A model generated the notes under the pieces. It was given only the letters and a program-made list of their open reading frames with translations, made no database searches and was not told the DNA's origin. From contig NC_057717.1 of the NCBI RefSeq assembly GCF_004010195.1, positions 103,811,179-103,875,178 of the forward strand: DNA of 64,000 nucleotides, in the 5' to 3' direction. Source of the stretch: Chiloscyllium plagiosum. Taxonomy: Eukaryota. The position numbers and the translations under genes were made by a program. Shown here in pieces: positions 12,569-26,384 of this stretch; position 1 is the stretch's first letter, and each line of letters starts with the position of its first letter.

Positions 12569-12805
12569 GTGGTAAAGTTGGCCAGGTTCTGAATGACTTT
12601 GGCGATGAGTGTGAGAGTCCGCGCGGTGCTGTCGTTGGGGTATTCCTGGGTCAGACTGAATAGGCTGGGCGACATTATCGCGGGGCAGAGGAAACGCAGA
12701 AACAATGAGGCACAGATCATCCGCATCCCGAGCTCCGCCTTTCCCCGACTGAGACATTGCTGCTGCCAAGTTGCGAATATCTCCCTCAGCTCATCGGGAA
12801 AGATG
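12569..12805 (-). CDS. RASAL3: RASAL3-like exon, RasGAP signature ([12 protein letters not shown]...KVIQNLAN)
   Basis: TTTCACAG|C...AC|GTATGT, 237 bp; the canonical RasGAP FLR motif is intact. Confidence 0.97.
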
Positions 12806-12899
12806 CTGTGAAAGGAAAGGAGGAAGAAAAGTCGGAGACACCTCCATTTGTACAAATTCAGGGCAAATCCTGACACACCGGGGATGTGCAAATTGGTGA

Positions 12900-13545
12900 T
12901 TTGATTTTATTTATCGTCACATGTACCGAGGTACAGTGAAAAGTTTTGTTTTGCAAGCAGTACAGGCAGATCATACCATACAATGTGCGTCAGGGTGATG
13001 GAACAGCGTGAGGAATACAATGTTACAGCTGCAGCAAAGGGGAACAAGGAGCAGGATCAATATTCAATTTAAAATTTGAGAAGTCCGTTCAGAAGCAGGG
13101 ACGGTGCAATTCTTAAATGTGTTGGTGCATGTATTCAAACTTTTATATCTTCCTAGTAGGGTAACAAAACGTCTGGAAATGAACCTTCCAGCTCAGCGAG
13201 CAAACCTACATCCAAAACCTCAACCTCAGCTACAAATCTTCTCAAATTCCGCTTCTATATCTTCTGCCCAAAGGAGATGATAACCGGGGTGGGAGGGGTC
13301 CATGATGATGTCGGCTGCCTTCCTGAGGCAGTGGGGAGTGTAGGTGGAGTCAATGGATGGGAGGCTGGTTTGTGTGATGGACTGGGCTGTGTCCACCGCT
13401 CTCTATAGTGTCTCAGTCCTGGGCGGAGCAGTTGCCGTACCAAGCCGTGATACACCCGGATAGGACCTTTCTGTGATGCATCTATAATAATTGGCAAGAG
13501 TCTTTATGGCCGTGCTGAATATCCTTAGCCTCCTGATGAAGTAGA
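12900..13545 (-). mobile_element. Rex1/Babar-like LINE 3' fragment, interrupted by a Penelope terminal fragment (13152-13250)
   Basis: Minus-strand 'LYFIRRLR...TLANYYRCITE' resembles Rex1 'LTNFYRCTIESIL'. Confidence 0.6.
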
Positions 13546-14533
13546 GGGTTAACATCACCCATTCTCGCACATCCCAGAAAAAACCTTTGGGATTTTGTTT
13601 TTTTTTAATCATGGGGTGTGAACATTGATTGCTTCATGCTTAATGGAAGCAAGACAGAGAGAATGCTGAGAGTCGTTATATTAGGGGATCATATTCACAA
13701 GACACGGGGTTGGCCCATTTCAGAGAGGATCAATCTCTCGGAAATAAGGGTCTGTCATCTCTGGAATCATCCATCCCAGAGGACTGGATGTATATAAATG
13801 AGTTCAGCTGATTCTTGGACATTAAAGCAGTCTAGGGGTCAAGCGTGGCTTGATCAGAGGGTCAGTCCTGATCCAATATGTTGGGGAACATAAGCTAAAG
13901 GGAGCTTCCATCCTCCTGCTATCCTCTGATCCCTCCTCACATTCCTTTCCAGGATGTCAGCGTTGCTGGTCAGGCCAACATTTATCCCACGTTAAATCAT
14001 CCTTGTGCGGTTGGCTTTGAGGTGGAGGGAGACCTACCGCGCGGTTATAGGGGGATTTTGTCCCAGTACTCTGAAGGAACGGCGATATATTGCCAAGTCA
14101 GGATGGCGAGTGGCTCGGAAGGGAACTTACAGATGGTTCCCTGGCATCTGCTGCCCTTGTCCACCTCGGGGACAGAGCTCACAGGTTTGGAAGGTGCTGG
14201 CAGAAGGTGGGTACTGCAATGCAATGTGTGGATAGTACACACTGCTGCTACTGTGCATAGGTATTGAAGGGATTGAACGTTGAAAATAGTGGATGTGGTG
14301 CCAATCAAACGGGGGTTGCTTTGTCCCAGACGGTATTGAGCTCCTTGAGTGTTGCTGGAGCTGCCCCCATCCAGGCCAATGGGGAGTATTCCATCACCCT
14401 CCTGACTTGTAGATGCTGGACAGGCTTCGGGGAGTTGGGAGGTGTGTTACTCGCTAAAGGATTCCCCTGACCTGCTCTCGTAGCCACTGCGTTCAGATGG
14501 CTGGTCCAGTTGCAATTTTTTTAATGTACTCAC

Positions 14534-14678
14534 CAACACGAATCTGTGATTTGCCGAAACGCCTCCTCACAGACGGCCTTCATATTGGCTTGGTTCTCTG
14601 ACACGTCATTGGCTGAACATTTGTTGGGATCGACTTCATAATTTTCCTCTGGATTGTAAAGCCTGGTCACAAAGTCTC
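14534..14678 (-). CDS. RASAL3: RASAL3-like exon, RasGAP domain (not in ORF track)
   Basis: CCGCAG|GA...TG|GTGAGT, 145 bp, phase 1 in and 2 out: DFVTRLYNPEENYEVDPNKCSANDVSENQANMKAVCEEAFRQITDSC. Matches the family motif 'EENCEVDP.KC...L...QANL..CE'. Confidence 0.95.
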
Positions 14679-17600
14679 CTGCGGATGACACCGAGGGAGA
14701 TTACAGCCCTCCTTAACACAGCGCCAGAATCCTCCAGCCTGGATGGATTGCTGATCGAGCTGGGGGACCTCGAGGAGACTGACTACTCTCAGAACCCCTC
14801 TCCCCTGCTTCGAAATGCCAATCCCCCTGTTATTCAAGTTCCGAAAAACGAGGGTCGCGACCTCACCTGGGACAGCAGAGCCAGCAGGGGGAGTTGTAAG
14901 AGCTTCCTGGTCAGACAGGGGTGGCACTAATGCCAAGGTCCAGGCAGTGCCAGGGTGTCTGCTTGTTCCGCTCTTCCCCCACCCCCCCGGCCCTGTCTTT
15001 GCAGCGAGCTGTTAGGAGGGATTGGCCTTTATAGCAAGATGGCTCAAGTATAATCGAGTCTTGCTGCAGCTGTTCGGGGCCTTGATGAGGCCATACCTGG
15101 AGTACTGCGTTCTATTTTGGTCACTATGCCAGGGATAAGGTACACTTATCATAGGGGGAGTGTTTAGATTAGATTAGATTACTTACAGTGTGGAAACAGG
15201 CCCTTCGGCCCAACAAGTCCACACTGACCCGCTGAAGCGTAACCCACCCATACCCCTACATTTTACCCCTTTACCTAACACTACGGGCAATTTAGCACGG
15301 CCAATTCACCTGACCTGCACATCTTTGGACTGTGGGAGGAAACCGGAGCACCCGGAGGAAACCCATGCAGACACAGGGAGAATGTGCAAACTCCACACGG
15401 TCAGTCGCCTGAGTCGGGAATTGAACCTGGGTCTCTGGCGCTGTGAGGCAGCAGTGCTAACCACTGTGCCACCGTGCCGCCCACTAATGCTGGTGGGTGT
15501 TTTGAAGACCCACCAGCTTGAATCCTGGGAAATATGAGGAGAAACTGGGTCCGTATTCTCTGGAGTTTCAAAGAACGAGAGGGGTCCAGAACTAGGGGTC
15601 ATTCAAGGCTTCAATGGACTAATTCAGAATGAGATAAGGAGATGTGCTTCAGTCAGAGTTTGGGTGATCCTGTGGGATTCCCAACAAATGAGACCATGGA
15701 GGCAAAATTAAGAAGGAAGAGGTAGATCTCTAGAGGCTAATGGTGTCAAGGGTAGAGGGGAGAGATTGGAAGTGCAGTAGTGAGATAGGGGGATCAGCCA
15801 TGGTCCCACTGAATGCCAAGGGAAGACTCAATGGGCCGAATGGTCCACTCTCGCTCCGATCTTTTGTTTGTATGTGTGTGTGTGTGTGTGTGCGTGGGCC
15901 ATGGGCACCTGTCCACAATGACTTCACAACATCTCAAAGCCTAGTCCTGACGATGTCCCCAGTGAGCATCCCTTGGCCAAGTTGAGGCCTGAACCCAACC
16001 TGCTGAGGATTGAAGAATGCCCCTGGATCTCCACAGCAGTCACTTCAAGATAGTCAAGATGCCCATAGATCAATAGGCCCATGCTTGGGAGCAGCTCCGA
16101 CAACGTAAAGGGTCTGGTGAGTCCACGATAGAATAATATTTTTTACAAAACACTTTGAAAACCCAAAGTTTTCATATTTACACAATATTATATAGATAAC
16201 ACAACAGAGTTGTGAATGCATGGAATGTGTTGCCAGCGGTGGTGGTGGAAGCAGAGTCATTAGGGACATTTCAGCAACTGCTGGACAGGCACTTGGAGAG
16301 CAGTGAGTTGAGGGGTGCGTAGGTTAGGTTATTTTCGTTTAGATTAGGAATAATCCTCGACACAACATTGTGGGCCAAAGGGCCTGTTCTGTGCTGTACT
16401 TTTCTATGTTCTAGGTTCTAACACAACAACTGTGATAAAGATATGCTAAATGTTACCACGTTGATTTAATGTGTGGCTTTTGTTGAGGCCCAGGGTTATT
16501 GTTAATTTTCAAGCATTAAAATGGGCTGCTTTGGGGTAATAATTCAGCAAGACAGAAGAATCACAGATGTGAAGTGAGGAGGGACTGTATAAATGGAGAG
16601 AAAATTCAGCCAAGATAGGAAGAGAGATGTTCCATGGGGCAGGAAGAAGCAGAAGCAATGGGCCTCCCTGGGCATTCCTGCTTGTGGATTTTGGGAATAA
16701 GATAGCAGGTTGTATGGGGCTGGGGGTACTTTGAACCTGGAGACTGGGGCTGTTTTCCCTGGAGTGTCGGAGGCTGAGGGGTGACCTAATAGAGGTTTAC
16801 AAAATTATGAGGGGCATGGATAGGATAAATAGGCAAAGTCTCTTCCCTGGGGTGGGGTAGTCCAGAACTAGAGGGCATAGGTTTAAGGTGAGAGGGGAAA
16901 GATATAAAAGAGATCAAAGGGGCAACTTTTTCACACAGAGGGTGGTGTGTGTATGGAATGAGCTCCCAGAGGAAGTGGTGGAGGCTGGTACAGTTACAAC
17001 ATTTAAAAGGCATGAATAGGAAGGATTTGGAGGAACATGGGCCAAGTGCTGGCAAATGGGGAGAGATTAATTTAAGGTATCTGGTCGGCATGGATGAGTT
17101 GGACCGAAGGGCCTGTTCCTGTGCTGGACATCTCTCTGACTCTATGTGTTGTTCCAGTGAGAACATGGGCAAACCTCTCTTGTTATGATGTGAGGAGCCA
17201 CTAGATGGCAGGAGTCTCATGCCCAAACTTGCTCTATTGGGTCCATCCATTCGTGACCAATCAGAGACTCTGAGTCAGGGGGATTGGCATGAAACCAGGT
17301 AGTCCTGCTCACACAAAGAGTGATGCCAATCTACAACCTTCCCTTCCAAAAGGGCTGTGAATGAGTGCAGTTAACTGAAATCCTCAAAGAATGAGATGGC
17401 TAGGTACTTGCTGGTGAATGGCATTAGGGGGCAGAGACTAAACAGATTAAATTAGATTCCCTGGAAACAGACCCTTCGGCCCAACCAGTCCACACTGACC
17501 CTCCAAAGAGTAACCCACCCAGACCCATTTCCCTCTGTCTAATGCACCTAACACTACGGGCAATTTAGCATGGCCAATTCACCTGACCTGCACATCTCTT

Positions 17601-19072
17601 TGGACTATGGGAGGAAACCAGAGCACCCGCAGGAAACCCACGCAGACACGGGGAGAATGTGCAAACTCCACACAGACAGTCACTCAGGGCTGGGATCGAA
17701 CCTGGGTCCCTGGCGCTGTGAGGCAGCAGAGCTAACCAGAGCCACCGTGCCACCTGGGGCTGTCATTTCCAAACCGGTCACTGAAGATCTCAATGGGCTT
17801 GAGGAGCAGAATGGTCTCCTCCTGTTCCTTCACTTTCTGCAGCATTCAATCAGAGTTTTGCGAGAGCAGTCGCTCAGTCCGTTTGTGTTTTAAGCGACAT
17901 GAAGTGACCCCTTCGCCCATCTCCTCTCACCCCATCTTTTAGGTTTTAAAAAATTCTTGAAGTGGTTGTGGCTATGGGTGGCAAGGCCAGCATTTGACCC
18001 TCACCCCTTAGTGCTCTATGAACTGAGCCAACATACTGAGCCATTTCGGAGGTAGGAGTGGAGCGGAGTTAGGACTCAAACACACTGCTTTTGGATTGGA
18101 GTCACGTGTAGTCCAGACCGGGTAATGACATTGGATTTCCTTCCCTAAGAACATGAGTGAACTGGACGGGATTGGACAGCAGTTGCCAATGGTTGCCTTG
18201 GCTACCAACTCGAGGACCGGATCCAGATCGATTATAAATCCCACTGGCCGATCTGACTGAACTCTGGCCCCTTCAGCGTTAGCCTGAATGCCCTATCCAG
18301 TGACATGAGCGCTGTGCCACCATTTTGGATATGGCCAGACCAGCACCAAGATGGGCAAGTGGCTGGGGACATTCGGTAACTTTGGAGAGCTCACAACCTA
18401 AGATGCCAAACTCCCACACACTATTATATTGGAGATTCCAGGAGGTAAAGATTCCACCATCACCTGCAAATTCCCCTCCAAGCCGCTCACCATCCTAACT
18501 TGGAAATACCCAAGGTTGCTGGGTTGAAATCCTGGAATTCCCTTGCTAATGGCATTATGAATCTACCTACACCCCTAGGACTCCAGTGATTCAAGAAGTT
18601 TACTTGTCACCAGCTTCTCAAGGGGTAACTAGGGACGGGTAATAAATGCTGGGCCCAGCCAGCGATGCCCATATCCCATGCACGAAGGTAGAAAAATTAT
18701 TAAGAGCAACTAAATAAAATTGTGAGCTGCTTCCCCCCAGCTTTCCTTGAACGCTCGAATTTACTGGATGAAAAAGTGTCAGAGATGATGGTTGTTTGAC
18801 CCTTAAATCCAGTTTGGTAACGAAAGAGCCATTCATTTTCCAACTGGCTATAGAGAGGCAGAGCGCCCAGAGGATGGACCAATGGGGTGAAGGATGGATG
18901 GTTTGGGTTGGTGGTCAGTTGATGAAGCCTCCAGGATTTGGCGACTCCAATCCCAGCCTCCACGAGGTGAAGGTCGTTTCCCGCTCCATCACCCACCCCC
19001 CCCACCCCCTCCACCCACCCAGCTCTCCCCACTGCACCGCTCCATCCCACACCACGACCCCATCGATCTTAC

Positions 19073-19217
19073 CCAGGGTTTCGATCAGGTACTTCTGTCC
19101 AACCAGCTTCATGTATTCATCGATGGCTTTGGTAGCCAAGGTGTTCTCCCGGAAAAGCACGGAATGTTTCTCCTCACAGCGGTCAACCTCCACTATCCCC
19201 AACTCAATCAGGAAATC
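19073..19217 (-). CDS. RASAL3: RASAL3-like exon, RasGAP domain with arginine finger ([10 protein letters not shown])
   Basis: TAG|GAT...CTG G|GTAAG, 145 bp: [48 protein letters not shown](G). Confidence 0.97.
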
Positions 19218-20261
19218 CTACATGGCAGGGACAGAAGAGTTACGTCCATGAGCCCATCAGATAGGAGTCCAATTCCATTTAAATAAGACTAAGAGATCAG
19301 GGTCCTAGGGTGAGTAGATGCTGGAGCAGCATTGATGTTCCGTAGACCCTAATTCCGTTCTCCTCCCCATCCGGCACCTTTTCAGGAAGAATACAAAATG
19401 CACACTTCCTTTTCCTGGGCATTTCCTGGTCACATGTCCTCAAATACCCAGCTCAGGCGTGACCCCATGTGCAGCTGTATTGACTGCTCAGCCTCCCAGT
19501 CCCACCAGAGTAGGGTGCAGGTTCTGCCCATCGCCTCTGTGTCGGCACGCTGAATGAGCAACACCTTTTGGATTGATTCAGAGGCTGCGCCCACACGTTA
19601 CTCAGTACGTCGGGCACAGCAACAAAATGGACAACAATTTGCATATCGCCCTTTTACCGGGAAAGGCTTGGACATATGATTGGTGCTCAGTCTAACATTC
19701 AGTGTCTCTGAGCCAATTGCTTCCTATCCAATTCCCCAAACCGTGAGTGTAAATCTCAAACACAAACCCACAATCAGGATCTCTGTGATTCAGACAGAAT
19801 TTGAATCCAAAGTTCCAACCAGCTCCCAGAATGAGGACAAAGCAAATTACTGTAGATGCTGGAATCTGTTCTGAGAATAACAAATGCTAGAGATCTCAAC
19901 GGGTCTGGCAGCATTCCTGGAGAGAGAGAGCGAGCTAACATTTCGAGTCAAGATGCAGAGTCATCTAGCCCCAGAATGAGGTCAGTGGGAGGGAGGAACC
20001 TGGTGATCCAGCAAGTCAGGAAGCTCTCACCCCATCACTCGGCCCAGGGGTCAAACTGAGCTCAGATTCTTTCTGCAGGGGCATGAAACTGGTTTGGCTA
20101 GAATCTAGGCAACTCTGTGAAAATAAAATTGAACAATTTTCCTCACCAATCAAGCCTCATTTGTAGAGTGCAGACTGTGTGGGAAATGGGTCTCATGTGA
20201 TTATAGAACAGTACAGCACAAAAGAAGGCCATTTGGCCTATTGTTTATAAACTAGCCCTCC

Positions 20262-21035
20262 AAATGAAACAAATCAGGGCAAGACTTATACACTTAATGG
20301 TACGGTTCTGGGGAGTGTTGCTGAACAAAGAGACCTTGGAGTGCAGGTTCATAGCTCCTTGAAAGTGGAGTCGCAGGTAGATAGGATAGTGAAGAAGGCG
20401 TTTGGTACGCTTTCCTTTATTGGTCAGAGTATTGAGTACAGGAGTTGGGAGGTCATGTTGAGGCTGCACAGGACATTGGTTAGGCCACTGTTGGAATATT
20501 GCATGTAATTCTGGTCTCCTTCCTATCGGAAAGATGTTGTGAAACTTGAAAGGGTTTAGAAAAGATTTACATGGATGTTGCCAGGGTTGGAAGATTTGAG
20601 CTGTAGGGAGAGGCTGAACAGGCTGGGGCTGTTTTCCCTGGAGCGTCGGAGACTGAGGGGTGGCCTTATTGAAGTTTATAAAATTATGAGGGGCATGGAT
20701 AGGATAAATAGATAAGGCCTTTTCTCTGGAGTGGGGGAGTCCAGAACTAAAGGGCATAGGTTTAGGATGAGAGGGGAAAGATATAAAAGGGGCCTAAGGA
20801 GCAATGTTTTCATTCAGAGGGTGGTACGTGTATGGAATGAGCTGTCAGAGGAAGTGGTGGAGGCTGGTACAATGACAACATTTAAGAGGCATCTGGATGG
20901 GTATATAAATAGGAAGGGTTTGGTGGGATATGGGCCGGGTGCTGGCAAATGGGACTAGATTAGGTTAGGATATCTGGTTGGCATGGACGGGTTGAACTGA
21001 GGGGTCTGTCTCCGTGCTGTACATCTCTATGAGTC
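20262..21035 (+). mobile_element. CR1/HER1 LINE 3' portion. Related fragments at ~1952-2440(-), 16733-17145(+), 30250-31110(+), 39740-40240(-), 40390-40820(-), 41455-42490(-), 44850-45075(-), 58070-58520(+)
   Basis: RT C-terminal motifs (RDLGVQVH..LKV..QVD, VRPLLEYC..FWSP) and the characteristic 3' UTR. Confidence 0.85.
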
Positions 21036-21967
21036 TGTGAAGTCTCCCTCTGTTGCCACTCCCCTGCTCTTCCCCCACAAACCAAGGCCCTCCAAATTTC
21101 CTTCCTTTCAGGAGTTTATACCGATTCCCTTCTGAAAATGAGTGTGGGATTTACTGCCACTGGCCTTCCAGCACGTTTCAGGTGACAGCAACTCAAATAA
21201 AACCCCACCCTCCCCTTGCGATTCTGAATGTAGCCTCCCTGAGTAAACTGGGCCATTCCGAGGACGTGCTTAACACAGAGGGAGAGAGAAATGGTCAACG
21301 AGTCCTTCCTCAGCACCCTGACCTGGGGATTAATTAACCACCATACCCTTCGGCAAGGTTAGGAAGTGATAGACCCAGAGGGTCTCAATGTTGCTCTCAA
21401 GAGATAGAGAGAGAGAGGACTGGCAATGGGTTAAGCACATCTCAGGCAAGGGGTGCAGTGCCCTCAGTGAGCACATGGATTGAGCCGGTGCTGTTGGCAT
21501 CAGTCCACTGTACGAACCAAACCATGGAGCTGCCTGAGCGAACAAGCAGCCCATGGAGGGGGGCAGGTCTTCCGATGGTGCAGTTACATCGAGATATTCC
21601 AGCTAGCATTCCAGTCCACTCTGCCCAAGGCCCGGCAGGATCCTAGGCAGAGTTGTGGAAGGTTACCAAATTGTTGTGGGCAGCTCAGTGGTTAGCACTG
21701 CTACCTCACAGCGCCAGGGACCTGGATTTGATCCCAACCTCGGGCGACAGTCTGTGTGGGGTTTGCACATTCTCCCCGTGCCTGCGTGGGTGTGCTCTAG
21801 TTTCCTCCCGCAGTCACAAAGAGACGTGAGTTAGGGTGGATTGGCCCACAGTGTGCCCAGGGATGGGTAAATGCGGGAATATGGGAGGTCTGGGTTAGAT
21901 GCTGTTTGGAGGGTCAGCGTGGATACGATGGACCGAATGGCCTCCGTTGGGACCCTACGACTCGTAC

Positions 21968-22516
21968 CTTGGCTTTCCCGACGCTCTGTAGGACGTGAAC
22001 CAGGGCAGAGGCTACCTCCTCCTTATCCTTCACTTTGAGAGCCGGCTCGAGCACGGAGCACAGGGTGGTGTAGTTACAGATGAGGTACTCGGCAAACTCC
22101 TTGTAGTGTATCATCGGCAACACCTTGATGTTCTGGTACCGCAGGTTAATCCGAATGGTGGGCACATTGAGCTTGCCCTTGTTCAGGGGGGGCGCGTTGA
22201 TGTTGTACCATTTCTCCACGTGTTGGCGCCCTGTCACCTCGCTCAGGGGGATGGTGACGGAGCCAAGGGCACTCATCTCCTTCCTCTTCTTGTCGTCATC
22301 CCGGAAGAGGTGCAAGGTGACCTCCTTTGTCGGGGGCAGGCTGCCGAACTCAAAGTGCTCGCCCCAGAAGAGCGCCTCCTGGCTGAGCTTGCTGGTAGTG
22401 CGGGCGTACAGCGAGCCGTCGAGATGCAGCTCACAGAAATACCTCTTCTTGGGGGTCAGGTCCTTGGCTTCATTCACCCAGAGGCTCAGCATGTTCTCCA
22501 CCCTCTCGCAGTTATC
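21968..22516 (-). CDS. RASAL3: RASAL3-like exon, C2 domain and start of RasGAP extension
   Basis: CAG|GAT...AAG|GTACG, 549 bp: [20 protein letters not shown]...YARTTSK...FWGEHFEF...YKEFAEY...[12 protein letters not shown]. Confidence 0.97.
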
Positions 22517-23539
22517 CTGCAACAGCAAGGCAACAGGTTACAACCCAGAGAGACAGAGAGAGAGAGACTGCATTTAGGTAGCACCCTTCCCAACCGCGGG
22601 GCATCCAGTAGCACCTCAGAGCCAATGGTCATCATCCGGTGACAGTCTATTCATGGAATCACATAGATGGTTCAGGCCATTCAGCCTGTCCAGATCATGC
22701 TGGACCTACTGACTCACAGGAAGCCTCCTCACCCCATCTCACTGCACCAACAAATCCATCAATCCATTCTCCCTGGGGCTTAGCCACGTTCTTATTTACA
22801 CAGGGGGTGGTTCACGTGTGGAATGACCTTCCTGAGGAAGTGGTGGATGTGGGTACAGTTACAACATTTAAAAGACATTTGGATAAGTTCATGAATAGGA
22901 AAGGTTTGGAGGGTTACAGGCCAGGAGCAGGCAGGTGGGACTAGTTTAGTTGGGATTGTCGATTAGAGTGGTGCTGGAAAAGCACAGCAGGTCAGGAAGC
23001 ATCCGAGGAGCAGGAAAATCGATGTTTCGGGCATAAGCCTTACATCAGGAATCAGGGTTTTTGCCTGAAACATCTATTCTCCTGCTCCTCGGATGCTGCC
23101 TGACCTGCTGCGCTTTTCCAGCACCACTCTAATCTTGACTCTAATCTCCAGCATCTGCAGTCCCCACTTTCGCCAAGTTTGGGATTATGTTCAGCATGAC
23201 ACTAGTTGGACCGAAGGGTCTGCTTCCATGCTGTATGACTCTATGGCTGACCCTTCAACCTCAAACTGTGGGAGCACAATGCACATTCTCACTGCTCTCT
23301 GGGTTAAAACCTTTCTCCTGAATTCTCCATTGGGCTATTTCTATTGACCGACTGTAATTTCTGACTCCCCTGTACTAGGTGGTGTCTCATTGCAGCAACG
23401 CACTTAATAAATATCTAACAAACTTGGATATTGGTTCATTACATTTTATATTTCCCAAAGGTTCAGGGAATCAGAAAGCAATTAAATAAAGGGGTTCTGC
23501 TCAGACCATCCGAGTCACAATGATTGATGGATGACAGAG

Positions 23540-24440
23540 TGGTTACAAGAGCAGGTCAGAGGCTAGGAATCCTGCAGCGAGTAACTCCCTCCTGACTCCC
23601 CAAAGCCTGTCCACCATCTACAAGGTACAAGTCAGGAGGGTGATGGAATACTCCCTACTTGTCTGGATGGGGGCAGCTCCAGCATCACTCAAGAAGCTCA
23701 ACACCATCCAGGACAAAGCAGCCGCTTGATTGGCACCACATCCACAAACATCCACTCTCTCCCCCACCGATGTTCAGTAGCAGCATCTACAAGATGCACT
23801 GCAGAAACTCACCAAGACTCCTTAGTCAGCACCTTCCAAACTCATGACCATTTTCATCTAGAAGGACAAGGGCACCAGATACATGGGATTACCACCTGCT
23901 GAAGGTTCCCCTCCAAGCCCCTCACCATCCTTACTTAGAAACATATCCCTGTTCCTTCAGTGTCACTGGGTCAATGTCCTGGAACTCCCACCCTAAGGGC
24001 ATTGTGGGTCATGTTAAAAAGAATCATCCATGGGATGAGGCTGTCACTGGCTGGGCCAGTATTTATCGCCCATCCCTAATTGCCCAGAGTGCAGTTAAGA
24101 ATCAACCACACTGCTGTGGGTCTGGAGTGACGTGTAGGCCAGACCGGGTATGGATGGCTGTTTCCTTCCCTAAAGGACGTAGTAAACCGGATGGGTTTTT
24201 CCCCAGCAGTTGGTCATCATTAGATTCTTAATTTCAGATTTTTTTATTGACTTTAGATTCCACCATCTGCCGAGGGGGCATTGAAACCCAGCTCCACGGA
24301 ACATGACCACGATAATACCACTAGGACATCAACTGCAGCGGTTCAAGAAGGCAGCTCACCACCCCACCCTCTCCAGGGGCAACTAGGGATGGGTAATAAA
24401 TGCTGGGCCCAGCCAGGGATGCCCACATCCCATGAAATAA
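23540..24440 (+). mobile_element. Second non-LTR retrotransposon family (clade uncertain, L2/CR1-related). Copies also at ~13960-14510(-), 18450-18690(+), 34100-34425(+), 50220-50910(-)
   Basis: RT C-terminal peptide LTPQSLSTIYK.QVRRVMEYS.L.WMGAAP..LKKLNTIQDKAA and a shared 3' tail GGGCAACTAGGGATGGGTAATAAATGCTGGGCCCAGCCAG. Confidence 0.7.
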
Positions 24441-25021
24441 AATAAAAAGCAAAATCTGGACAATTGAGAACATGGAAGGCTCAAGATTGGTGACCATTCA
24501 AACCAAGGAGCAGGACGCTGCCTGAACTGCTGTGCTTTTCCAGCACCTCTCTAATCCAGAATCTAGTTTCCAGCATCTGCAGTCATTGTTTTTACCTAGA
24601 CCATTCAAACCAATCAAAACCACTCTTTCGGTCAGAGGGGCGTGTGGTGTTGGTGCGCTCTGCTACAGAGTGTGTTTAAGGCTGAGGAGACAAGCTCTGG
24701 TTTGGTTGGGGGGATTTGAAGGCTATTCGGGGGTGGGGGGGGCGGGGGGGGAGCATGTTGGGAATGTGGAATTTGGAACACAAACAGGTCAGCCATGTTC
24801 TTATTGCATGGTGGAGCAGTCTCAAAGGGCTGAATGGCCTCCAGGTGCTCCTAACCCACATGCACATATATTTGTATTTCTTCCAGCCAATGCCCGGGGA
24901 AAGTAGCTCTGAGCTGAGTTGTACTGGAGTAGCACAGACAGGGTTTCAGTCCTGGTGCTTGTAACTGAGCCCATTGCCCCCACACCCTCCCACCTGCCCA
25001 GAGCAGGCCGCTGTCTCCTAC

Positions 25022-25120
25022 CTTGTTGGGCTGGACCGTTCGAAGAAGATTCTCTATCCATTTGTCTCTCTCAGCAGCAGATGTGCAGCCAAAACAGCGA
25101 CTCCCTCTGGAATTAATCAC
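25022..25120 (-). CDS. RASAL3: RASAL3-like exon, C-terminal part of the PH domain
   Basis: TTTCAG|...AAG|GTAGG, 99 bp. [33 protein letters not shown] matches the family motif [16 protein letters not shown]...PNK. Confidence 0.95.
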
Positions 25121-25237
25121 CTGAAACGCCGAGAGTTTGAGTGTCAGACTGGTCAATGGCACATGGGACCTTGCTGGGAATAAATGCCTCCTGAGAAATC
25201 AACCTTCAGTCCCAAGAACAGGCAAGCAACTCGACTC

Positions 25238-25455
25238 CACACACACACATACACACAGACACAGACACATACACACAGACAGACACAAACACACACACAG
25301 ACACACAGACAGACACAAACACACACACAGACAAACATACACAGACACAAACACACACACAGATACACAGACACAGACACAGACACATACACACAGACAG
25401 ACACAAACACACACACAGACAAACATACACAGACACACACAACAGACAAACATAC
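25238..25455. repeat. Degenerate CA/CAGA microsatellite next to gap 25493-25952
   Basis: Directly visible. Confidence 0.95.
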
Positions 25456-26384
25456 CCATGGGAATGTACTCAACCGGGACCTTGGGTGCATGNNNNNNNN
25501 NNNNNNNNNNNNNNNNNNNNNNNNNNNNNNNNNNNNNNNNNNNNNNNNNNNNNNNNNNNNNNNNNNNNNNNNNNNNNNNNNNNNNNNNNNNNNNNNNNNN
25601 NNNNNNNNNNNNNNNNNNNNNNNNNNNNNNNNNNNNNNNNNNNNNNNNNNNNNNNNNNNNNNNNNNNNNNNNNNNNNNNNNNNNNNNNNNNNNNNNNNNN
25701 NNNNNNNNNNNNNNNNNNNNNNNNNNNNNNNNNNNNNNNNNNNNNNNNNNNNNNNNNNNNNNNNNNNNNNNNNNNNNNNNNNNNNNNNNNNNNNNNNNNN
25801 NNNNNNNNNNNNNNNNNNNNNNNNNNNNNNNNNNNNNNNNNNNNNNNNNNNNNNNNNNNNNNNNNNNNNNNNNNNNNNNNNNNNNNNNNNNNNNNNNNNN
25901 NNNNNNNNNNNNNNNNNNNNNNNNNNNNNNNNNNNNNNNNNNNNNNNNNNNNTGCCAGACCTGCTGATTATGTGCTGTTTCTTTGGTGGACCTGTCTAAC
26001 GAGGAACATAAAAACTAGGGAGCAGTAGGCCATTCAGCCCCTCAAGCCTGTTTCGCCATTTAATACAATCATGGCTGGCCTCTATGAGACCTCAACTCCA
26101 CCCTCCTGACCTCTGCCCATAACGCCTCAACTCATTGCTAATTAAAAATCTGTCTATCTCCTCCTTAGGTTTACTCACTGTCCCAGCATCCACCACACTC
26201 CAGGGAAGTGAATTCTGCATAGACCATCCTTTGAGAGGAGTAGTTTCTCCTCATCTCTGTTTTTAAATCTATTGCCCCTTATCCTGAAGTTATGACCTCT
26301 CGTTCTAGATTGTCCCACAAGGGGAAACATCCTCCCTCTGTCGGCTTTGTAAATCCCCGATAGCATCTCACGCACGCAGAAAGC

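Noticed and set aside
21995..22642. Long plus-strand ORFs (215 and 150 aa)
   Set aside because: Antisense shadows of the GC-rich C2-domain exon.
4222..25120. Assignment as SYNGAP1 next to COL11A2 (true MHC)
   Set aside because: The post-GAP region is short and divergent and carries RASAL3-like motifs. Disfavoured, though only a phylogeny would settle it.
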